64,000 bases of DNA from the human T2T-CHM13v2.0 reference genome, Homo sapiens. The position numbers were made by a program, and so were the translations under genes. Positions 14,400-27,645 of this stretch are shown one piece after another (the first letter of the stretch is position 1; every line of letters starts with the position of its first letter). The notes beneath the pieces were generated by a model. That model ran no database searches and was not told the DNA's origin. It worked only from the letters and a program-made list of their open reading frames with translations. Location of the stretch: NCBI RefSeq assembly GCF_009914755.1, contig NC_060928.1; one strand, given 5' to 3'.

Positions 14400-16085
14400 T
14401 TGATTAAATAATAATAATTCAAAGAGAATAAATGAAACACAAGTATCTCTAGGCTAGAAAATTTCATCTTTGTCGTATAAATTTATATAGCTAACAGAAT
14501 GTTGTGTGAGGAGAAAGGGGAAAGTGGAATAGGTGAAGCACAAATAATGAAACTTTATGTATATCAGTTTTTGGAAAATCATTGAGGAAGTTGGGGGATT
14601 CCAGAATGAAAAGAGGGTAGAGGAAAAAGTTGCTGACCTAAAATTTTGGCACCAATGATTGGAGTCTATAAGAGTAAAGGGAATTGCATATAGCACTATA
14701 TTCTAATTAATAAAGAATATGGATTATCAATTCAGAAACCACTACATATGTACATTGGAATTAGATAATTAAGTAAAATGGATGGACTATGGTGGGAGCC
14801 AGTTTTCTCATTGTTGGAGTGGGATGTTATGAATAATCAAGAGGAAATAACTAGAGTGACCCATGTGGTAATGGATTTCAGTTGGAGACATCAGTGTGGA
14901 TTGATGTTTAGCTTATTACAGACAAAAGTAGATTACATATAGAACTATGTATAGATATATGTATACATATGATTTAAATATACACCATATCTTTACTTGC
15001 TTTGTCCACTGAGAGGGTTTAGAAACAATGACATCTCAGTAGCAACAAGTGCATCTAGTGCTTAGATCTTGGTTTCTAAAATGATTTTCTAAGAAAAAGA
15101 ACCAGGAATTCCTGGAGAAATGGCTGATTCTTGGAATGTAGAGGAGCTACATCAAATGAACCTGGATGATTGTGCTGTTACAGAAAATAAGAAGGTACTC
15201 AAATAAATGTGAAATTATGGTTATGTCAAAGGGACACAAGAGCCAACCAAAAGAGCTCCCAGTGGTCAAAGCTAGAAAAATTTGATCAACAACATAAGTT
15301 AAGCAGTACTGAATTGTAACCCAAAGTATTATCAAACTGATATAAATAAATGATTGAGTGAAAAATACATAAGAAAGAATGGACAAAGGAGAAGAATTTC
15401 TAAGAATTTATGTAGATACTCTGCTCTCAGTGAGGTGGAGAATAGTTCTCTAGACCTGAAGTGGGGCCTGCACATAATGACTTCCTTCCAAAGAGTCTAG
15501 TAAGGAAAGAAAAGAGTACCATTACAGTGGAAAAACCTTAACAACACTACCTCCACCAGGTTATCAAGATTAATAACAATAAGTCATGTTGATAGTATGT
15601 ACCCTTAATATGATGTAACAAAAATGATACTTTATCTCCATGACCTCTTTCCCAAAATTTATAACTACAGTCTAATGAAGAGGAAAATAAGAGACAGATT
15701 CCAATAGAAGGAATCCATAGAGGAATACCTCTCTAGTACGCTCTCCCTCAAACTGTCAAGGTCAGGGTAAACAAAGAAGTTTAGGAAACTGCACAGTCAG
15801 GAGAAGCCAAGGGTGACATTATGACTAAATGTAACATGGGATGGGATCCTGGCACAGAAAAAGTACATGAGGTAGAAAGTATAGATATCTGAATGAGGTA
15901 TGAATTGTAATTAATGATAATGTATTAATATTGGTTCACTAATTGTGACAAGTGGACCATAATAATATAAAATGTTAATAATAAGGGCAAATGAGTGTGT
16001 GAAATATATATATTCATACACATATATAGTATTTCTGCATTTTTCTATAAATCTAAAACTTTCAAGATTAAAAGTTCACCAATTT
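14400..16085 (+). mobile_element. L1MC (L1MC3-like) 3' UTR
   Basis: agttggagacatcagt, tgacttccttccaaagagt, agtcatgttgatagtatgtaccct, ggatcctggcacagaaaaag motifs of the long L1MC 3' end. Confidence 0.8.
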
Positions 16086-17221
16086 TTAAAAAGTGCTAGT
16101 GAACTAGGAATAGAACAGAACTTCATTAAGTTTATGAACGCTATCAAGTAAAAGCCTCCATAGCATATATTGGTAAAATGTCAGATTAATTGCATTTAAA
16201 ACCAGTAATGAGGCAAAAATGCCCCCTGGTTTAAACCTGCTTCAAGATTGTCCTGAAAGCCCTAGTCAACATACGGCAACAAGATTTTAAAAAATAGATT
16301 ACATATGATTCACAAAGAAAGAGTAAAAATCTTTATTCTCTAAAAAAAATATACTATTGTTATCAGGAGCCATGTTTAATATTGGAAAAGCCAGTTAAGG
16401 ATTATATCATAAACAGTAGTTAAAAGAGTCATTTTGATTTAGAGTAGCATAAGCCAGCAAATAATCACTTGAATTACCTGTGTTTCAATTGCACGGGGAA
16501 ATGAAACTTTTCACATTTAGCAATAATATGTATATTATATACAGATATATAGTGTGTGTATGTGTATATATATTTCACAATATTTCAAAATTAATCAGAG
16601 CTGTCAATATTTTCACTCCCCTTAAATGACTAAATTCTATAGTAAGGAAAACTAGTCAGGCAAACCCTGGAAAAGCAAGTCCTCAATTTTATTGTCATTT
16701 TAATTACATTTTATTATCAGATAAGTTATTTTCAATAGAATAGTATATTTCAAATTTGACTGAATATTTGAGATAAGAAACATTGTCATAATTATTGTGT
16801 ATTTAAAATTAACACACAAAAAACACTAACATTTGATTTATCAGTGTTGTTGAAATGTACTTAACAAAAGTAAATTTTCCAGAAATAGAAATGTGCTGCT
16901 TCAATCACTGATTATTATATTCTAATCACTTTTGAATTTGTTTCTAAAAGGCGAAAAGTCTTCCATGTTTTATTAATGAAAGTATTTAGCATGATTATTT
17001 GTTTCGTTTTTTATTTTTCTTATATTTTCTTTCATTTTTAGCATGACTTAACCTTTTCTTTTATATTCAGGACCTTCAGAGTATCACATTATATATTTTT
17101 TCATATATTAAAACTTTTCTACATACAGATTTTTTTTTGCCACCAATTATTCTAAATGACCCCCAGTAGCTATGTTTTTATATTAGTGCTGTTTATATGC
17201 TTTCCTTGTGGCAAGTTGTTA

Positions 17222-17346
17222 TTTCATTCAACAACATTCAACAAATAATTATTTTGTGCCCAGAGTTTGCCAGGAATGTTCTATCACTGAGGATACAGCA
17301 GTGAATAAAACAGACAAAATCCCTGTTCTTATAAAGCTTAGATCCA
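17222..17346 (-). mobile_element. L2 3' end
   Basis: ttcattcaac...aaataattatt...ctgaggatacagcagtgaataaaacagacaaaatccctg. Confidence 0.8.
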
Positions 17347-17779
17347 GCAATTTCATAGCAGTGTCATAATTTCTATTTCTGCTGATTCTCCTTCTCCTCA
17401 ACTGCAATATTTTCTACTCATGCAAAATTTATGACTTTTTTAATGTTGATAAGAAAATCAAATTATTAACTCCATTTGATCAGTAACCTTAAACTGATAC
17501 ATAAGAAATTCTAAATCAATGGTCTCTGCATAGCAGAAAACTATGTTTTCTTGAAGATAAATATTGTGTTCACTAATTACTGGGCAGTGTCACTGTGTTT
17601 TAGATAGAAAAATAAAATAGAATACTATCAGTAGGCCAATATTAAACCTTAAATTGCCAAGTAGTCAGGAAAATATGAAGCAACCCAGCTTCCAGGTCAA
17701 GTAAAATGCTTTTCTAAAATTTATACCTGCAAGACTTCCCATATTCTGCTTTCTCATCTGAGGGCTTCTCCTTACAATT

Positions 17780-18025
17780 TCATCTGGAAATGTTCTCCTG
17801 TTCCTTTAAGATCCAGCACAGCTATCACTTGCTCTGAAATGCCTTTTCTTGCCTCACCAGGCAAATGCACTTGCTCCTTCCTCTGGCCTTCCCTGGACAT
17901 TGCTATGTACAGTTATTGTAACACATGCCTCACCAGCAGCATTTTATGAATTCCAAGAGAATGGGATGATGTGATATTCATGCTTCTATTATCTGGGCAT
18001 TAAAAAGTCAAGACATAGAATGAAT
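17780..18025 (+). mobile_element. L2 fragment
   Basis: tcctttaagatccagc..atcacttgctctgaaatgccttttct L2-like pyrimidine-rich motifs. Confidence 0.5.
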
Positions 18026-18079
18026 ACGTTTCCTATACCTTTGTGGTAGTAATGCAGCCTGTTGGTGAGGAATATGAGT

Positions 18080-18235
18080 TCTGAGTGGCTGTGCAGCCTT
18101 GCGTAAGCCCTTAATATTACTTTACCTCAGTCTTAGATTCTGTAAAGCTGAGGTTCCAACCTCAAAGAGTATTCTAATGGAAATGATTGATCTAACATAT
18201 CTAATAGTGCTTGGGAAACCTTATAAATTTATGAA
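18080..18235 (+). mobile_element. MIR fragment
   Basis: ggctgtgcagccttgcgtaagccctt...cctcagtctt..tctgtaaa. Confidence 0.6.
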
Positions 18236-20820
18236 CAACATATATAAGCTATACAATCTTATCAAGTCTTATAAACAAACATTCTATTTATATCATGTTC
18301 AAATATTTTGTGGATGTGTTTAAATTAGAAGCATCTGTTTTGACAGGGAGAATTGGGAAATGACATTCTTTCTCTTCCAAATTTACTCACTTAACAGGTA
18401 AGATTTACATTCACTCTAAGGCAAATATATTAAGAAAGATAAATTTCAAAAAATTCCCCACCTTCAGATCATATCTTATTTACTAGAGTGAAGCGAATAA
18501 CTTAGGACATTTACCCCTATATAAAATAAAACACAAAGAATTAATGTAAACATGTTTTTGTTATCAGAAAACTGATACATCTCTAGACATCATTTTGCTT
18601 ATGAAAGACCTAATGAAGAGGCAAGCCCTTCAATACAGTCGATCATGTTGGCTAATTGAGCAAATTTTAAAAACCAAAGACTTTTAGTCATGAAATTAAT
18701 GCTTAAATATTGGGTATGGAGGCTTCGATATTCTTGTACCAAAACTTCTCTACAAATACTGTGTAACTGTGTTGCTGAAGTGTTGAAAGCTCTTCATTTT
18801 AAAATCATAAATTATAAAAGCTTTTAATTTATTGTTGAATTCAGTGTGCTAAATTTATCATAAACTCTCAAAAACATGAAATAATGGTTTGCAGTTGCAC
18901 CTTCCCAGATAATGAAGTGGATTTTACGGCAAGAACCAGAAGTTGATATCCCATCCATCCTGATCAGGCTGAATCAGCCAGGGATGAGCAAAGGTTGTCT
19001 GGAACTCAGCTTTTAAAACAATGTGTCAATATAATAATTTCTTCCATCATGATGTTTCATATCAGAATAAAAACCTGATTTCCAAAGAATAATTGATCCT
19101 AGCATTGCAAGGTGCAAGTCAGCCAAAACTTATCTGATCTTTTTAATACAAAAATCACTATATATCAAGAACTCAAGTCCAGTTGTATGGGGCTTTAAAA
19201 TAATGTGCAAAACATGCTGTAGCAGTTGTTTTATGGTCTTATCCTCTGATTGGCTGGCTGAGAATTTGGAACTCCCTCATCATGTTTATCTGCTCCTAGT
19301 ATCCCATTGGGAGCTCAATAATCTGGAGCTCTCTGCAACTTGCCAGCCAATTAGCTCTCAGGGAGATTCACGCATTCGATGAAATTTGTGTAGAGAAAAC
19401 CCTAGCTCCACATCTCCCTCCTCAAAATACCCAGGAGTGTCAATACTTTTCAACAATTGCCTTTTTCTCAATAGGCAGTTCGGGCAAACACATGTAGGAA
19501 CACCAATGATGAACAAGCATTGCCCTTCTGGGGTGGAGAGACTCGAGGATGGGTATGGGGCTCTCATGAACAGCCAAGGGTGGCAGCTTCACTACTCAGT
19601 TGCAGGAACATTTAAAGAATATTGGAAGAAGACAGAAAAAACCATCTTAGAATAAGTAACAAATGAAGAATGAAAGATTAACCAAGTTGTTTCTCCAATA
19701 TTAAAATAAATTATCATTTACAATTAATACTTACATTGCCTTTACAGTTTCATTTTTCCCCCTGAACAATAGAACTATTGCGGCATAAAAACCCCACTTG
19801 AATCCAACTTTTTTCTCTTTTCATTAATTTGGCAACAGCTGAAAAACCACCTTTATTTTCCACACTGTACCAGAGTATGTGTTGTATGTACAAATTAACC
19901 ATTTCAAATTATTTTAAGCTGACAGAATAAATTCTGAACCCTAATATAAAGAGTAGTTTTAAATGCTATTAGCATTCAAATGTATATCACATGTTATTTA
20001 TGAATCAAGAACACATCTTTTCTATGTTGTAATCTGTATTTTTAAAATAACATTTTTCAAGTTTTTCCTATTGCTACAATATTCCTAATAAAATAAACTG
20101 GATAATTTCCCTCCTGGGGCTTAGGTTATTATAGTAAATTTATCAAGTGAAAATACTTCTGAAAACACACTTATAATATAACAAAGAGATATACATATAA
20201 AATAGGGCATTTGAATTACATTAAAAAACAAACAGGATAACTCTAGTCTAGAAATTATTTTTGTAAGGGGAATCATGGACTTCTTGAAAACCTCAGAAAG
20301 GTGCAGACAAGAGTTTTGATTGTCTTGGACATTTGCTGTACACTCTCCAAAATGTACTTAGATAGCATCACCACCCAGTTGTATTTACATATCATTGTAA
20401 ATCTTATTTTTCCCATTACTCAGAAAAAAACTGGAATATTTATGAACACACAGCATGCCATTTGAAATTTTAAAAATACAGTATGTACACATTCACAATG
20501 ATCCATCCACTAGAGAAATGATTTCAAATTGTCAAATATCTATGGAGTCTCCCATATGTGTGAAGCACAGTACAAGTCATCGCCTTCTGTGGAGCTTATC
20601 TGGCACTAGCTGGTTTTGGTGGTTCAGTCAAATCATCCAAGGCATTTGGTTTGGCACTATAAGAAAATCCTTATATCAAGGCTTATCAATGAAACAAATA
20701 CATCACGAGGAGGGAGTTTTAAAATACATATGCTAAATATAGCACGATATACTTTCCCTAAAGCAGCAGTCAAGAAAAACTTTCAACTTAATGCATATTA
20801 TTAAGTCAACCAGACTTGAA

Positions 20821-20918
20821 TATATATATATACACACATATATATACATACATATATACATATATGCTTATATACATATATACACACACATATACATATA
20901 TACACGTATATATGTACA

Positions 20919-20940
<22 letters not shown>
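20821..20940. repeat. (TA)n/(CA)n compound microsatellite abutting an Alu tail
   Basis: Alternating purine-pyrimidine run of about 120 bp. Confidence 0.95.
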
Positions 20941-20970
<30 letters not shown>

Positions 20971-21265
20971 CAGGGTATCACTCTGTCACCCAGACGGGAT
21001 CAAGCTATGCCCATGATCGAGCTACTGCAGGATCATGGCTCACCGCAGCCCCAACCTCTCAGACTCAAGCAATTTTCCCACCTCAGCCCCTGGAGTAGCT
21101 GGGACTACAGGTACACACCACCAGCTCTGGCTATTTTTTTATTTTTTGTAGAGGTGAGGGTCTCACTATGTTATCCGAGCTGGCCTTGAACTCCTGTACT
21201 CAACTGATTCTCATGCCTCAGCCTCCTGAAATGCTGGGATTAGAGGAGTGAGCAACCACACCTGG
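20941..21265 (-). mobile_element. Alu SINE, AluJ, with an internal micro-rearrangement
   Basis: poly-T then antisense Alu (gggtctcactatgtt, ctcaagcaat..cccacctcagcc); non-colinear 20992-21030. Confidence 0.93.
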
Positions 21266-21612
21266 ATAAATATAAGATTTGTATTTGTATCATTTTGATT
21301 TGGGACTATACTGCAATAATAATTTTTTTCTTAATTTATTTCCTTCATCAAATGTGAAAATCCAACTTAATTGATTAGCTTTGCAGTTAGAGGCTAGAAA
21401 ATGCATGCTCCAGTTGTACTGGGATTGAGGCAAGGAAGTGAAAATGAGCACTTTCTCAGAAGATCAGCTGCAGAGTACTATGATTACAGATAAATGTTGT
21501 TCAGACTAACTGACTCACCTCTAAAGTATGGCTAAGAGACACTTCAAATGCTCCCTTTCTAATAGATAGCTCAATCTTGTTCATAGCAAGAGCAAATACG
21601 AAAGGTCATCAT

Positions 21613-22320
21613 CAGTTTTTTGCAAAACTCAACATGCTCTTAACCATATGATGCAACAATTGCACTCCCTGTTATTTACCGAAAGGAGCAGGAAATTTAT
21701 GCCTATACTAAAACCTACACATGGATGTTTATAGCAGTTTCATTCATAACTGCCAAACCCTGGACTCAACCAAGATGTTATTCAGTAGGTGAATGAATAA
21801 ATAAACTGTGGTACATCCAGAAAATTGAATATTGTTTAGTGCTAAAAAAAAATGAGCTCTCAAGCCATAAAAATACATGAGGAAACTCAAATGTATATTA
21901 CTATATGAAAGAAATCAATCTCAAAGGCTACATACTGTATGATTCCAACTATATGACATTCTTGAAAAGGCAAAATTACTGGGACGATAAAAAGATCAGT
22001 GGTTGCCAGGGCGGAGGGAGGGAGGAATAGGTGGAACATAGATTATTTTGAAGTCAATAAAACTACCTGTATGATACCATAATGGTAGATATGTTGTTAT
22101 ACATTTGTTCAAATCCATAGAATGTACAACATCATAATTTAAACTATGGACTCTGGGTGATAAGAATGTGTCAATGCAGGTTCATCTATTGATAACTGAT
22201 AATGGGGGAGGCTATGCATGTCACAGGGAGGGGATATCTGGGAAATCTCTGTACCTTCCTCTCAATTTTGTTGTGAGCCTAAAACTACTATTTAAAAAAT
22301 AAAGCTTATTGAAAAAAATA
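21613..22320 (+). mobile_element. L1MC1-like 3' end
   Basis: aaactgtggtacatccag, aaggctacatactgtatgattccaactatatgacattct, gggaaatctctgtaccttcctctcaattttg, A-rich end. Confidence 0.85.
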
Positions 22321-22761
22321 AAGTATTAATAGTTTTTAATAGTAATTTAAAACATTTTTCTAAGTAATAATGTAGTAAACTACTTAAATAGAACAGATGA
22401 AGTCCATGGAATCATTCAGGTTTAGAGATCCTGGTTTTTCGTTCAGAGCTTCCATTTTGCATCCTTGCTGTTGTTCTTATTTTAATGATGAAATATCATT
22501 ATTAGTAATAATAATATTGATTTGTATAATATTTCACAATTTTCAAAGTGATCCTAGAAAGAGTATTCTATCAGAATAAGAAAATAAATTTGGACATATT
22601 AAAGTGCATTAATTTTATAAATGTATAAATTTTTATGATAGGAACTCACATATCTTGAGCTCTCTGAGTTAATTCAGTTGAATAATAGTAAAAGAGGGAA
22701 AAGCTTGAGAAAAACTTACGTCTACATATTCTAATATTGTTGTGTTCTACTGCTCTTATTT

Positions 22762-23855
22762 TACTTTTTGTATATAAGATGTAAAACATAGTGTTTTGAT
22801 ACACATATATGTATAATAAAATGATTACTACAACCCAGCAAATTAATATCTCTATCATCTCACATAATTACTTTTTTAAATTGTAAGAGCACCTGAAATC
22901 TATTCTCTTAGCAAATTTTCAGTATACATTATTATTAACTGTAGTCATCATGTTGTATATTAGACCTCTAGACATGCTATTTAACTGCATTTTTTACCCC
23001 TTGACCAACATCTCTCCATTTTCTCCATCTCCCAGCTATGGATAACCACCATTCTACTCTTTGTTCGTAGGTATTTGACTTTTTTAGATTTTACATATAA
23101 TTAAGATCACGTACTATATATATTTCTGTGCCTGGTTTATTTCATGAAGCGTAATGTCCTCCAGGTTTATTTATATTGTTGCAAATGACAGAATCTTTCT
23201 CTTTTTTTAGATCTGAATGATAGTCCATTGTATATATACATCTATCATTTCTTTATCCATTCATCCATTTATGAACACCTAGGTGTTTCCATAGCTGGCT
23301 ATTGTGAATAATGCTGAAATAAACAGGTGTGCAGGCATCTATTCTAGGTGCATACACTTAGAAGAGACATTGCTGATCATATTGTAGTTCTATTTTTAAT
23401 TTTTTGAGGAACCACCGTATCGTTTTCCATAATGGGTCTATCAATTACATTCCTACCAACAATGTATAAATAGTTCCCTTTTCTCCACACCCTATTCAAC
23501 ACTTACCTCCTGTCTTTTTGATAATAGCCAAGTGTGAGGTGATAACTCATTGTGGTTTTAATATGCATTTCTCTGATGATTAGTGATGTTGAGCACTGTT
23601 TCATATACCTGTTGGCCATTTGTATGTCTTCTATGGAAAAATGTCTGTTCAAATATTTTGCCAATTTTTTAATAGGGTAATTTGTTTGTGTGTGTGTGTT
23701 TTTTTTGTTATGGCTTTCACTTTTTGCTATTGAGTCGAATTGCTTATATATTACAAGTATTAACACTATCAGATATATGGCTTGCAAATATTTTCTCTCC
23801 ATACATAGATTGCCTTTTTATTTCATTAATTGCTTCCTTTGCTGTGCAGAAGATT
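22762..23855 (-). mobile_element. L1MA (L1MA8/9-like) 3' portion
   Basis: aaatctattctcttagcaaattttc, atgcatttctctgatgattagtgatgttgagcac..ttcatatacctgttggccatttgtatgtcttct. Confidence 0.88.
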
Positions 23856-23865
23856 CTGATGAATG

Positions 23866-24863
23866 CAGTTAATCCTTGAACAAGGGGGAAGTTAGGGATG
23901 CTGCCCCATATACAACCAAATGTCTGCATATAACTTTTGACTCCCTCAAAACTTACCCATTAGTAGCCTTCTGTTGACTAGAAGCCTTACTGACAACACA
24001 GTCAATTAACACATATTTTGTATGTTATATACATTATATACTATAGATTTACAAGAAAGTAAGCTGGAGAAAAAGTTATTGGGAAAATCATATGGAAGAT
24101 AAAATTATAGTACTGTACTGTATTTATTGATACTGTAACTTTATGTCTTCTGATTACAAGACAAATTGTCTGCCTGAAATAGCTGGTAACCATAGCCACA
24201 GACTTCAATCTGTGGTAGGTATCAAGCAACTCAACTTTTTTGTAGTGTTATGAGTTCGCTCTGCTTCTTGGGAGAACTTCCAACATCACGAGGGGCACTT
24301 CACATGAATCTCATGGTGTTATTCAAGTTTATTGCATTAAACATGATGAAGACTATATGAGAACCTCGAAATCATTTTTTCCTGTGACACAAAATTTGCT
24401 AGAGAGATGAACTGTTCATGCAGACTCACAGTGTGTTAAATGGATATTTGCAACACCTGAGCTCAGCACAATAGTAACAGGTACAACAACAGTAGTACAG
24501 TACGTACTACAGTGAATTTTATGTGATTATGATTTAATATTTTGTTTTTGTTTGTTTCCATTTCTCTCCACTGTGAATGGTGTCATGTACAGTGCATACG
24601 TTCTGATACATTTTAACTTGTTAAAGTAGATTTGTGTATATTTATAGTACTAGATGATAAAATAGACTAGTATCTACCTATATTTTATGCATTCATGACA
24701 CACCTAATTTTCTTTGAATTTTTTTATATTTCTGGCCTATGTGGTTTGTTGGTAAGTTTCTTATTATTGTTGCAAATATTCAAAAAATTCTAATATTTAT
24801 TGAAAAAATGCGTATATATGCAGACCTGTGAAGTTCAAACTCATGTTGTTCAAGGGTCAGCTG
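23866..24863 (-). mobile_element. Tigger2-family (Tigger2b-like) TcMar non-autonomous DNA transposon
   Basis: Terminal inverted repeats cagttaatccttgaacaa ... ttgttcaagggtcagctg; about 1 kb; internal tagactagtatctac..attttatgcattcatgaca. Confidence 0.85.
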
Positions 24864-24981
24864 CATATACGGTGAAAGTAACCTTGATCAGAAATATCAA
24901 AGTCATGAATTAAAGATTACAACTTTGGAATTTGTGAGTATAATTTAGGCCAGAATTTTCCTACGTATTTAGTTTTTACTC

Positions 24982-25013
24982 TACATTACTAGTAAATTAC
25001 ATTACTAGTAAAT
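24982..25013. repeat. Perfect 16-bp tandem duplication (tacattactagtaaat)x2
   Basis: Read directly; each unit contains the palindrome ttactagtaa. Confidence 0.9.
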
Positions 25014-25913
25014 GGTTTCAACAAAATCTTCCAGTTGGTGGACGGCAGAAAATATGATGAAATAAAGAGTACAAGGAATTTCCAATTCTACTGGTTCTAA
25101 GAATTCAATTTTGTGCCTACCAAAGAATACTTGCAGATGTATATAAGGGTACTTTTTTGGAAAAGATGAGTTTCAGAGCAATATTACAAAATTTCAGTTG
25201 TAAATTAGAGTTCATGCAGGAAATTATTGACTTTTTCCCTCCAAAGTCTCAGTATATTATTAATCTAGCAACCATAGAAAATACAATCCCTAAAGTTGGC
25301 TGTATAACATAAAAGAAAACCTAAGGAATTAAATATCAATAAAATAGCTTTTATGTCTTTACTCTGTATTTTGCAATAGTAGCACATACAACATATTTAT
25401 TAAATTTGTGATATTTCACTCAAAGAAAAATGTATAGTAAGCACTATTTATGTACCATATACTGCCCTAAACACTAAGACAATGTTAATAAAAAGAAAAA
25501 CATCAACAGTACATAACAATTATCCAAAGGCTGTTATCTGTCATGTACTGCTTAAAACCATTTATGTAGATTATATTACACAGTTTTCGTTAGAGCTCTT
25601 GCAGTTAATCTCTTGAGCTTCACTTTAAGTGAAGAACATGAGCCATCAAAAAGATACACAATTTGCTGGAGATAATTTACAAGTGATGAAGTCAAAGTAA
25701 AAATTAAAATCTTACACTAAAGTATTCTTTCTTATCCTATTCATTGCTACTTTAGGAAAATAAGATGATGTATATCTTGACAACACCCTTACAAAGAAGA
25801 ATTAACAAAGAAAAATAATAAAATGTGTTAAGTGCTGCTAGATAGATTTAAACAAATTGTCTTGTGAGTGCCTAGGAAGTTGCAAAGTTATAAAAGGCTT
25901 CACAAAGGAGCCA

Positions 25914-26137
25914 TTTTTTTTTTAAATTTGAGACAGTGTCTTACTTGTTATCCAGGCTAGAGTGCAGTGGTGCGATCTCGGCTCACTACAGCCTCCGCCT
26001 CCTGGGTTCAAGTGATTCTCCTGCCTCAGCCTCCTGAGTAGCTGGGATTACAGGCACACCCCACCATACCCGGCTAATTTTTGTATTTTTTTTTAATAGA
26101 GATGACGTTCCCATGTTGGCCAGGCTGGTCACAAACT
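25914..26137 (-). mobile_element. Alu SINE, AluS, 5'-truncated
   Basis: Antisense right arm, linker and part of the left arm ending ggccaggctggtcacaaact; flanks look like L2. Confidence 0.92.
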
Positions 26138-26439
26138 TGGGAAGCCAATTCTTGAAGCAAGTTTTGAAAGATGTATCAAGTATACCAAAGAAACATGATG
26201 TACATTCCATGATTTGAATATATAAGGAGGAATGAAAGAGCATTAATGGTAAATAGACAGTAGGTTATAAAATGTTATTACAAGTTCAAGCAGATGTGTC
26301 TTAATACCCAAGTAGTCTTTTGTTAAAAAAATTATGAAGAAATTTGTATAAATCATATTCATTTATTCTATCCGGAACTCACTTCCTGGATAAAAACTTG
26401 AAATGTAACACAACTATACTGTACTTTTTAAACATAGAC

Positions 26440-26560
26440 ATTTTCTCACTTTATTTCACAACAACTTTTTGGCATGTAAATTACTATTAAATCATTTTAC
26501 AGATGATAAAAATGAAGATTTGAAAATTCGCCACTTTCCCAAGACCACAGAGCTTGCAGC
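26440..26560 (-). mobile_element. MIR fragment
   Basis: cattttacagatgataaaaatgaag...actttcccaagaccacagagct. Confidence 0.7.
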
Positions 26561-26697
26561 TTGACTGTCACCACTATGCCAGGAAGCACAAGAACACGTG
26601 TCTAAGTCAATGCAAAGTTTGGGGTTCATAGTCCTCCCACTAAGTCTAAAAGCAAATCAGAGGAATTCTCTATCCCCATCTGAGCAGTCTTGTGGTT

Positions 26698-26915
26698 CAT
26701 GGGTCAGCAAGCTATAAGCCAAGGGCCAAATCCACCCAGCAGCTGTTTTAGTAAATAAAGATTTTTTAGAACACAGCCATCCTCACTCTTTCACATAAGG
26801 CCTATGGCTGCTTTTACACTACAAAAGCAGAGTTAAGTAGTTGCAACACACACTGTCTGGCTCACAAATTCTAAAATACTACCTGGCTCTTTGCAGAAAA
26901 TATTAACCCACTTCT
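26698..26915 (+). mobile_element. MER58A (hAT-Charlie)
   Basis: gggtcagcaagcta..gggccaaatcc..ctgttttagtaaataaag..aacacagcca..tatggctgctttt..gcagagttaagtagttgcaaca. Confidence 0.88.
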
Positions 26916-27229
26916 AAATTGGTTGATTGACAAATACAGAGAAGTGGTCCAATAAAAGTGCTTTGGAAGAAGACACGAGGGCATCTTTTGCCATGTAACA
27001 CTTACAAACAGAAAGCATGACAGGAAGAATGCGATTAATACAACAGATATGCATGAGCAAGGGAATTAGGAAGGATGGAAAGTGAGGCACAGCTCACACA
27101 GAGCACTCACAAGAACACCTTAAATGGGCCACACTGTCTGTTGGCCTGTAATCTACTGAATTTAATGAGGATTTTCATGTGATTTTATTGCCCAGCTATG
27201 TGCATGTAAACCTATGAGATCCTTCTGCA

Positions 27230-27620
27230 AAGAGCCATACAGTTATTGCTCTGAAAAGTGAGTCACACTTTCCATATAGACTTCAGCTGCAGAGGGCATC
27301 AGGAAGGCAAAAGTCCCATCTCACTAGAAAGCTGATTATTTTCCAATTTTAAATGAGAGAGCAGACTTGTCTGAGAATTTTTCAAGTAGGTTTATAATTA
27401 CGTCACTCTTCATTGTTAATGCAATCAGGTGCTTTTTGATCATCTAATCATTCGTTTGCACAGCAGTTAGGCCCTAGAAGTAACTCTAAAGGTGAAAGCC
27501 CACTGGAACATCGATTTGCCCTAATGCAGTGTATTTGCATAATAGAGTTTAAACGTTTCCAGCCCAAGAGAGGACTTCAGCTTAGATAATGAGTCTGCAT
27601 GTGCATGGATTTCCCACACA
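27230..27620. promoter_or_regulatory. Putative enhancer (motif cluster in repeat-free DNA)
   Basis: TGAGTCA 27259, TTACGTCA 27398, CATTGTT 27411, CAGGTG 27426, ATTTGCATAAT 27533. Confidence 0.35.
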
Positions 27621-27645
27621 CACTCACACACACTATCACACTTAC

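Noticed and set aside
17000-17075. Strong plus-strand acceptor-like polypyrimidine tracts (AG at ~17041 and ~17070)
   Set aside because: No convincing donor nearby; such tracts are common in AT-rich DNA
19358-19655. 69-aa and 89-aa overlapping ORFs as protein-coding genes
   Set aside because: No recognisable homology or supporting exon structure; kept only as an unassigned island
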